DNA from: a virus
Reading direction: 5' to 3' (one strand)
Virus record (IMG/VR): IMGVR_UViG_3300025645_000055
Span: 9,386-73,385 of that record
Length of the DNA: 64,000 nucleotides
Below the pieces are notes generated by a model, which ran no database searches, was not told the origin of the DNA, and saw nothing but the letters and a program-made list of their open reading frames with translations. A program made the translations under genes and the position numbers. Of the stretch, positions 9,598 to 15,127 are shown piece after piece; positions within the stretch are counted from its first letter, which is position 1, and every line of letters starts with the position of its first letter.

Positions 9598-10575
9598 ATG
9601 GGGTGCTTATACTCCAGTCTTCGGACAAGGATAGACCAGCAATGGTTTAAAGTAGTAGATTTAGTGTCTATTGCGTTGCATTAACCCTTCGGGGTTAGAC
9701 AATCCACGTAAGCATGATTACCAAACCGTATCAAGGGCATCTGCTGAGATACGAAACCCACAACTTATGGGGATTGAGTAGAAATACAATAGTAAGGTAG
9801 TTAGAATCAGATATCCTAAAAGGGGGTATTGTTTGACTAAACGGTGTAAAAGCTATTGGTTGGATTCATTAAGAAATTTTATGGGACTTATCTTCGGGTA
9901 ATAAGTGAAATGATTAACATGATGGTAAAACATTATATCGAGGCGTTGTATTCTTAACCACTCAAAAGGTGGCACGAATGTCAACCAGCAGACACGTCTT
10001 GAAACTTAGAGTGAGGCTTATACCAGAGTTAAATGGTGCATTTTTTTTTGATAAAAATAAAAAGAGAAAGTTCTGTTGGACTAGAACTGAAAATTAAGTT
10101 ATGCCGTTGAAATATATGGCTGGTTGATTCCTCTCAAGGGATGAGATTAAATTTGATGAGTACATGTCATAAGGAACGGGGTCGCACTCGTTTATTCTCG
10201 CAAGGAACCTGGGCAAAGAAAGCTAGATTATATAAGTTCTATGTAGCAGAGTTATGGTCACTCTAAGACCAACTTAATGTTATCTACTTGAAGGAAACTG
10301 ATAGTGTGTGAAAAAGCTGAAAGGCATATAAATGATAACGGGGGCAACCCACTTGCTGAACACTCAAGCATAAATCTGGGCGTACTACTTCAACTTGTTG
10401 GAGGGAGTGCAATAGGTTCAAATCCTTTTACGCCCACTAAATTATATTTCGAGAGTACTAGATAACAAATTCCAGTCGATGTACTCGTTAAGAACCTATC
10501 CGCAAGATAGGAATATACCCAAGAGTAATGGATTGTGAGGGAATTGTATAATTTAAACTAAGAATCTCATCATAT
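9598..10575 (+). ncRNA. Giant structured ncRNA, GOLLD-like
   Basis: About 980 nt with no ORF of 60 aa or more; UUCG/GNRA hairpins; long-range pairs 9603-10/9708-15, 9740-46/9986-92, 9699-9706/10529-36, 10140-48/10563-71; next to tRNAs and enclosing a tRNA-like element. Confidence 0.7.
10378..10436 (+). ncRNA. D-armless tRNA-like element, copy 1, inside the giant RNA
   Basis: gggcgta/tacgccc acceptor; agg-ttcaaat-cct T arm; one central hairpin. Confidence 0.65.
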
Positions 10576-10631
10576 GGATGAATATAAGCTTTGTAATGAA
10601 GATTATTTTAAATAAGTTGAGGTTTTTAAAC

Positions 10632-10700
10632 GGGGATTTCGTCTAAGACAAAGGCAGCACCACACCAGGTGTTAATGAAGTATCGAACCTTCAATCCCCA
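10632..10700 (+). ncRNA. tRNA-like RNA with a 6-nt ACACCA loop
   Basis: Cloverleaf ggggatt/aatcccc, gtct/aggc, gcacc/ggtgt, gaag/cttc. Confidence 0.7.
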
Positions 10701-10780
10701 CAAATATAGTTGGTTGGACTATAATAGGATTATGGTACCCCTTTGAAGGGTTTAATGTTAGAAACTTAATTTTATAAACT

Positions 10781-10848
10781 GCGAGTTTCGTCTAAGCTAA
10801 GACGCTATCCCACCAGATAGAAATGAAGTATCGAATCTTCGACTTGCA
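10781..10848 (+). ncRNA. tRNA-like RNA with a 6-nt CCACCA loop
   Basis: Cloverleaf gcgagtt/gacttgc, gtct/agac, ctatc/gatag, gaag/cttc; paralog of 10632-10700. Confidence 0.7.
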
Positions 10849-10852
10849 CAAA

Positions 10853-11021
10853 TTTTGAAGTGGTGAAAGGAAGACACCCTACGGAATATAAAACTGTCCT
10901 TTGAGAATGGTGTGTGGAGCAACTGTGATTAGTACCTCCAACAGTAAAGTAGAGTCTAACCGACTAATAATCAAAAAGTCGGAACAATTAGAATAGTTAG
11001 TTTCATGGCTAACCTTCAAAA
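10853..11021 (+). ncRNA. Expanded tRNA-like RNA (~170 nt)
   Basis: Closing stem ttttgaag/cttcaaaa; Leu-like 5' end gtggtgaaaggaagacac; terminal hairpin gttagt/gctaac. Confidence 0.45.
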
Positions 11022-11023
11022 AT

Positions 11024-11082
11024 GGGCGTACTATCACAAGTTATTGTGAGAAGTGTGTTAGGTTTAAATCCTTTTACGCCCA
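11024..11082 (+). ncRNA. D-armless tRNA-like element, copy 2
   Basis: Same acceptor and T arm as 10378-10436 but a different central hairpin (tcacaa/ttgtga). Confidence 0.65.
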
Positions 11083-11112
11083 CTATAGTTTCGAAAACTT
11101 AAATTGAGAAAC

Positions 11113-11187
11113 CGAGAGGTAGCTCAGTTTGCTCAGAGCGTCACCCATTGGGGGTGGAGGTCGTTGGTTCGAATCCAACCCTCTCGA
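11113..11187 (+). tRNA. Atypical tRNA with a Pro-type acceptor (C1:G72, A73) and anticodon loop CATTGGG
   Basis: Full cloverleaf with TTCGAAT; A33; TTG at the canonical anticodon position; no D-loop GG. Confidence 0.7.
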
Positions 11188-11276
11188 CAAAAATTAAAAT
11201 AAATTAACAAAAAACGTAACTTTAATATAGTTACACATATTTAATAGAAAGGGATAAACCCTAAACAATAGAAATT

Positions 11277-11381
11277 ATGATGAATTATACGACAACATAT
11301 CAAAAGCAGTATCCGCAAGGGGGGAAACCTAGTGGGCTGGACTTGTCGTGTATTTACTCTAAAGGTAAAACAGGTGTGTAA
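11277..11381 (+). CDS. Putative attenuator leader peptide MMNYTTTYQKQYPQGGKPSGLDLSCIYSKGKTGV
   Basis: 34-codon ORF after an A-rich start context (gaaattatg), overlapping alternative stems upstream of a terminator. Confidence 0.75.
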   Translation: MMNYTTTYQKQYPQGGKPSGLDLSCIYSKGKTGV

Positions 11382-11408
11382 ATAAATCAATTACATAACT
11401 TAAACGGT

Positions 11409-11445
11409 AAGCTCAGCTATAAAGAAATTTAGTTGGGCTTTTTTC
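11409..11445 (+). terminator. Intrinsic terminator (attenuator) ahead of the tRNA array
   Basis: aagctcagcta...tagttgggctt plus T-tract; first tRNA starts 16 nt later. Confidence 0.85.
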
Positions 11446-11460
11446 ATGCCCAAATTTCAA

Positions 11461-11555
11461 CGGGTAATGTGCGAGTGGTTTAAGCAATCGGTCTTGGAAG
11501 CCGATGACAATTTCAAGAAGGTTATTGTCCGTAGGTTCGAATCCTACTTACCCGA
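11461..11555 (+). tRNA. tRNA-Pro(TGG) with a long variable arm (class II-like body)
   Basis: cgggtaa/ttacccg, loop CTTGGAA, variable stem gacaat/attgtc, T arm gtagg-ttcgaat-cctac. Confidence 0.8.
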
Positions 11556-11563
11556 CTAAACAT

Positions 11564-11636
11564 CGGGATGTATATCAATTGGTAGATTACGTGCTTTGGG
11601 AGTACGAGGTTGCTGGTTCGAGTCCAGTCATCCCGA
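11564..11636 (+). tRNA. tRNA-Pro(TGG)
   Basis: Canonical cloverleaf, loop TTTGGGA. Confidence 0.95.
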
Positions 11637-11643
11637 CAGAATG

Positions 11644-11662
11644 AAAGTTCATTGACATGTTG
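11644..11662 (+). promoter_or_regulatory. boxA-like antitermination element
   Basis: aaagttcattgacatgttg, resembling Bacteroidota rrn boxA as recalled. Confidence 0.55.
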
Positions 11663-11732
11663 GTTAAGTAAAATATAGAAGTCTAGGGAGCCATTGCTCT
11701 TAAAACGTCCAACCTAGAAACTTCTATAATAT

Positions 11733-11805
11733 TGGGATATGGTGTAATTGGTAACACGTCTGTTTTTGGTGCAGAAGAGTATGGGTTCGAGACCCGTTGT
11801 CCCAA
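11733..11805 (+). tRNA. tRNA-Gln(TTG)
   Basis: Cloverleaf, loop TTTTGGT, U1:A72. Confidence 0.9.
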
Positions 11806-11812
11806 CTAATAT

Positions 11813-11885
11813 TGCCCTATGGTATAACGGTTAATACGTCTGGTTTTGAACCAGAAGATTGGGGGTTCGAATCCGTCTAGGGTAA
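11813..11885 (+). tRNA. tRNA-Gln(TTG)
   Basis: Cloverleaf, loop TTTTGAA. Confidence 0.9.
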
Positions 11886-11958
11886 CAATAAAGATATTTG
11901 GGAGACTGTTATTAATTCATAGAACCTATTGCGAGTGGTATCATAGAATTAAAATTAT

Positions 11959-12031
11959 TGGGGTATGGTGTAATGTGTAACATTCAAGATTTTGGTCCTT
12001 GAGAGTGTCGGTTCGAGTCCGTCTACCCCAA
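11959..12031 (+). tRNA. tRNA-Gln(TTG)
   Basis: Cloverleaf, loop TTTTGGT. Confidence 0.9.
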
Positions 12032-12182
12032 CTATATTGTGTGCGTAACTAAGGTATTTAGGAGTATACATAACAAGTAGTTGACTTAGTACTATCAATG
12101 AAAAGTATGTGGAAAATGATACAGTTTGAACGGAATCCCATGTTGGGGAGAGATATGAGTGCAAGCCTCATCAATATAAATT

Positions 12183-12264
12183 GGGAGTATTGAGCAACTG
12201 GTTGCTCAGCAGACTGTAAATCTGTGGTCTTACGACATTGGGGGTTCGAATCCCTCTACTCCCA
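12183..12264 (+). tRNA. tRNA-Tyr(GTA)
   Basis: gcaga-CTGTAAA-tctgt; variable arm; TTCGAAT. Confidence 0.92.
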
Positions 12265-12269
12265 CAATT

Positions 12270-12350
12270 GGGAACTAAAAGCCATTCGGATATGGCATCG
12301 GGACTGTAAATCTCGTCCTTCGGGGAGTGGTTCGAGTCCACTAGGTCCCA
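12270..12350 (+). tRNA. tRNA-Tyr(GTA) with an atypical D arm
   Basis: cggga-CTGTAAA-tctcg; variable hairpin cc-ttcg-gg; T arm agtgg/ccact. Confidence 0.85.
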
Positions 12351-12423
12351 CAATTGGTCACAGATGAAACGACCAGTCTTCACAGAAAGACTTCCTCATG
12401 AGGGGATATAAATAAAGCTGCAT

Positions 12424-12493
12424 GGGTTGTGAAAGGATACTAGCCGAGGTTGTAACCCTCTAGCTTTGTAGGGTTCGAGTCCCTATCAGCCCA
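12424..12493 (+). tRNA. Degenerate or atypical tRNA-Tyr(GTA) with a reduced D arm
   Basis: gggttg/cagccc; gagg-TTGTAAC-cctc; taggg-ttcgagt-cccta. Confidence 0.6.
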
Positions 12494-12498
12494 CAACT

Positions 12499-12631
12499 TG
12501 ACTATAATTGGTCGGCAATGTTAATGTAGTGTTTGAGAGCAAACCGTATAATCTCGGCAAACCATCATTAATGAATGAGTTATGTATGTTACATCATAAC
12601 CTTTTGTGGGGTTCGACTCCCCAATGGTCAA
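12499..12631 (+). ncRNA. Expanded tRNA-like RNA (~133 nt)
   Basis: tgactat/atggtca acceptor; canonical T arm tgggg-ttcgact-cccca; two internal hairpins. Confidence 0.6.
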
Positions 12632-12667
12632 CACGCTAGGCTAGTAAGTGTCCAACACGCTAGGCTA
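12629..12667 (+). repeat. Direct repeat caacacgctaggcta, two copies
   Basis: Seen directly between tRNA genes. Confidence 0.7.
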
Positions 12668-12671
12668 ATAT

Positions 12672-12743
12672 TCCTTCGTAACTCAGAGGCAGAGTACCGT
12701 GCTTTTAACACGGGAGTCGTGATATCGTAATTCACCGAGGGAA
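12672..12743 (+). tRNA. tRNA-Lys(TTT) with an atypical T loop
   Basis: ccgtg-CTTTTAA-cacgg; T loop atcgtaa. Confidence 0.8.
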
Positions 12744-12822
12744 CAAAAATTAGTAGCATATGCTCGATGAACGACTATGTACATGTAAGTAGGGATACTA
12801 GTCATGTTACTAATTTTAATTT

Positions 12823-12895
12823 GCACCCGAAGCTCAAGTGGACGGGCTTCCCGCTTTTAACGGGAAGGTTACGGGTTCGAGGCCCGTGGGGTGCA
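12823..12895 (+). tRNA. tRNA-Lys(TTT)
   Basis: tcccg-CTTTTAA-cggga; T arm acggg/cccgt. Confidence 0.88.
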
Positions 12896-12900
12896 CAAAT

Positions 12901-12984
12901 GCGATGTTAGTGTAAGTCAAAGATTCTAGATTAAACACGCAACCCATAGGGGTTGAGATGGGGGTTCAAGTCCTTTGCATCGCT
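12901..12984 (+). ncRNA. Gly-acceptor tRNA-like RNA with an enlarged D loop and a 6-nt anticodon loop
   Basis: gcgatgt/gcatcgc plus U73; caacc-catagg-ggttg. Confidence 0.6.
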
Positions 12985-12989
12985 CAAAT

Positions 12990-13083
12990 GATAGTATAGT
13001 GAAATATTCTGTGTAGACGTACATATAAAAATCACACCTTCTGCTTAGGTTGGAATAATTGGTATGAAATCCAATTACTATCT
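12990..13083 (+). ncRNA. tRNA-like RNA with a D-loop hairpin insertion and a degenerate anticodon arm
   Basis: gatagta/tactatc; gtga/tcac enclosing tgtgta-gacg-tacata; T-like arm attgg/ccaat. Confidence 0.55.
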
Positions 13084-13088
13084 TAATT

Positions 13089-13159
13089 GCCGATATCGTA
13101 TAACGGTATTACGTGCCCTTGGTAGGGGTGAAATCTCAGCTCGTTTCTGAGTATCGGCT
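13089..13159 (+). tRNA. tRNA-Thr(GGT)
   Basis: gccgata/tatcggc; loop TTGGTAG; T loop ctcgttt. Confidence 0.85.
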
Positions 13160-13160
13160 C

Positions 13161-13316
13161 TAAGTTTATTAATAAGTGGGTAAAACCTTGAGGCATCCCC
13201 CTCGGACTATGACGGCTTATATTTGACGATATAAGTGTTCAAGTTTCTGGTCAAGCAATGCACCAGGTTTGGTGGAATCACCTTACAAAAGCGAGGATTA
13301 ATATTAATAGACTTAA
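13161..13316 (+). ncRNA. Unknown structured RNA (~155 nt) between tRNAs
   Basis: 13-bp closing stem taagtttattaat/attaatagactta enclosing GC-richer hairpins. Confidence 0.5.
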
Positions 13317-13318
13317 CT

Positions 13319-13401
13319 GCGAATATCGTATAATGGAGGGGAAACCCGTATTATAGTGGCCTTCCAAGTCACGGATGAGAGTTCGATTCTCTCTATTCGC
13401 T
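13319..13401 (+). tRNA. tRNA-Gly(TCC) with a GAAA hairpin in the D loop
   Basis: Loop CTTCCAA; U73; insert ggg-gaaa-ccc. Confidence 0.88.
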
Positions 13402-13409
13402 CAATAATT

Positions 13410-13496
13410 GCCTCTATAGCTCAGTTGGTTTGGCGAAAGCCTTAGAGCAGCCCCCTTTTAAGGGGCAGGTCGTAGGTTCGAATCCTACTGGGGGTA
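13410..13496 (+). tRNA. tRNA-Lys(TTT) with a GAAA hairpin in the D loop
   Basis: gcccc-CTTTTAA-ggggc; insert ggc-gaaa-gcc. Confidence 0.88.
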
Positions 13497-13555
13497 CTAA
13501 GTTAGTTATGACATTATGATTTGAGGCTTAATCATCCTCTTTAACTAACTTTATT

Positions 13556-13626
13556 GCGAGATGTAGCTTAATGGCAAAGCATCGGCCTTCCAAGTCGAGG
13601 ATGCGGTTCGACCCCGACATTTCGCA
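13556..13626 (+). tRNA. tRNA-Gly(TCC) with an 8-bp acceptor and short T stem
   Basis: gcgagatg/catttcgc; loop CTTCCAA; A73. Confidence 0.75.
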
Positions 13627-13634
13627 CTAAAAAT

Positions 13635-13720
13635 GCCCCCCTAGTATAATGGAGACGAAAGTCGTATTACCTTGGATTTGTAACCCAAAGATATCAGTTC
13701 GATTCTGATGGGGGGCTCCA
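13635..13720 (+). tRNA. tRNA-Thr(TGT) with a GAAA hairpin in the D loop; CCA encoded
   Basis: Loop TTTGTAA; insert gac-gaaa-gtc. Confidence 0.88.
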
Positions 13721-13725
13721 TACCA

Positions 13726-13810
13726 GCCGATGTCGCATAGTGGTCTATTGCACTTGATTTGTAATCAAGAGAAAGAAATTTCATCGTCAGTTCGAATCTG
13801 ACCATCGGCT
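13726..13810 (+). tRNA. tRNA-Thr(TGT) with a long variable arm
   Basis: cttga-TTTGTAA-tcaag; variable stem gaaa-gaaa-tttc. Confidence 0.88.
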
Positions 13811-13825
13811 CACATATTTATTAGT

Positions 13826-14287
13826 ATGAAAAACTTAATCAACAAAATCTGGGCGTTCATCAAACTAATGCTACCTAATAGCTGGTTTCCAGAAGACGTA
13901 ATAATTTACGCTATCGAAGATGATATGAAATCGTGGAAACTTATTGAAGTTCTCATTGTTAGAGAAATAAATAAGTATAGAATCGAAAATGGTCTTAAAC
14001 CAGTATCTGGTGAGTTAAACACCAAGCTAGAAACAAAGATAAGAAGCGACTTTATGTCGGATGAAGAAAAACTATCCCACGATGGTTTTGGTGTATCATC
14101 AAGAAGACTTAAAGATATGGGGTTTAAAAGTGTTGGTGAAATTATAGCCTATGGTTATACAAATGGTGGTGATGTGGTTCATGCTTGGAAAAATAGTCCA
14201 AGTCATAATCGTGTATTACTTGGAAATTATAAATACCTGGGTGTTAGTAAAACTGATAGATATTATTGTGTAATATTTACCAGATAA
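13826..14287 (+). CDS. CAP/SCP domain protein
   Basis: INKYRIENGL, LSHDGF, GEIIAYG, WKNSPSHNRVLL. Confidence 0.9.
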   Translation: MKNLINKIWAFIKLMLPNSWFPEDVIIYAIEDDMKSWKLIEVLIVREINKYRIENGLKPVSGELNTKLETKIRSDFMSDEEKLSHDGFGVSSRRLKDMGFKSVGEIIAYGYTNGGDVVHAWKNSPSHNRVLLGNYKYLGVSKTDRYYCVIFTR

Positions 14288-14289
14288 AT

Positions 14290-14400
14290 GCGAGTGTAGC
14301 TCAGTTGGTTAGAGCGTTATTTAAATCATGCGGGAGTAGCTCAATGGTAGAGCGATACGTTACCAACGTATAGGTTGAGGGTTCGAATCTGATTACTCGC
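14290..14400 (+). pseudogene. Chimeric tRNA: 5' fragment (14290-14317) plus a tRNA-Gly(ACC) body (14330-14400)
   Basis: atacg-TTACCAA-cgtat; the 3' end tactcgc pairs with the upstream gcgagtg, not with its own 5' end. Confidence 0.65.
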
Positions 14401-14406
14401 CAAATT

Positions 14407-14434
14407 AAGGATGACATAAATGTTATCCTTTTTT
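14407..14434 (+). terminator. Terminator closing the tRNA array
   Basis: aaggatgacat-aa-atgttatcctt plus T-tract. Confidence 0.8.
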
Positions 14435-14469
14435 ATTTGTTTTATTCGATTAATTGAACTATATTTGTT

Positions 14470-14540
14470 AAATGATAGGAGTATGAGTCCGTACATAAAA
14501 ATTGGTCGAATAGGACATCGCTACCAAAACCTATCATTTT
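14470..14540 (+). ncRNA. Three-way-junction leader RNA with a possible kissing loop
   Basis: aaatgatagg/cctatcattt; loop gtcc complementary to loop ggac; starts just after the promoter tatatttg. Confidence 0.45.
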
Positions 14541-14562
14541 TTAATAAATAAAACAAAGAATT

Positions 14563-14802
14563 ATGATTAGAATTATTAAAGTATTAATGGATTTCGGGAT
14601 GGATTTTGAATATGAAAATCGTGGGTCTGAAGGTGAGAAGATTGTTTCCTATGAACTAGGGTTAGATATATCCAACCAAAATGGTAAGATATATTACTCT
14701 TGTGGTTGTGAACCAGAAACAGTTGAAGATGTAGATTTTGAATACATGCGACTTGCTAGTGAAGTACAAGACGAATGTATCGCACAAACAGCATCCTTTT
14801 AA
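14563..14802 (+). CDS. Hypothetical protein
   Basis: ORF with A-rich start context. Confidence 0.7.
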   Translation: MIRIIKVLMDFGMDFEYENRGSEGEKIVSYELGLDISNQNGKIYYSCGCEPETVEDVDFEYMRLASEVQDECIAQTASF

Positions 14803-14803
14803 T

Positions 14804-15127
14804 ATGAGTGATGATGTAGCTTGCCCATATTGTGGCACATACCAAGAGATTAACCACGATGATGGTTATGGGTATGAAGAAGATGGAAATCATGAACAAC
14901 AATGTTATAATTGTGAAAAGAATTTTATCTTCACAACCGCAATAATATATCATTATGAAGGTTATAAAGCAGATTGTTTGAATGGTGATGAACACTTATA
15001 TAAACCAGTGCCAACTGCACCTAGGTGTTACGCTAAAATGAGGTGTGAAATGTGTGGTATTGAAAGAGAACCAACGGAAGATGAAAAAGTAACATATAGT
15101 ATACCAGAAAAACCGAATTATGATTAA
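14804..15127 (+). CDS. Zinc-ribbon phage protein
   Basis: CPYC, CYNC, CEMC; start moved to 14804. Confidence 0.75.
   Translation: MSDDVACPYCGTYQEINHDDGYGYEEDGNHEQQCYNCEKNFIFTTAIIYHYEGYKADCLNGDEHLYKPVPTAPRCYAKMRCEMCGIEREPTEDEKVTYSIPEKPNYD

Noticed and set aside
9598-10575. rRNA fragment, group I/II intron or tmRNA
   Set aside because: No recognisable rRNA signatures, intron core or domain V motifs, or tmRNA termini with a tag frame.
12629-12667. Mini CRISPR array
   Set aside because: Only two 15-nt repeats with a ~9-nt spacer, and no cas genes.
12901-13083. Amber suppressor or Leu(TAG) tRNAs
   Set aside because: The loops (catagg, tgcttag) are not canonical 7-nt U33 anticodon loops, so these are kept only as tRNA-like elements.
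11640-13555. Hammerhead or HDV-like (theta) ribozymes beside the tRNAs
   Set aside because: No CUGAUGA/GAAA core or nested double pseudoknot could be found by eye; a descriptor search is needed to exclude them fully.
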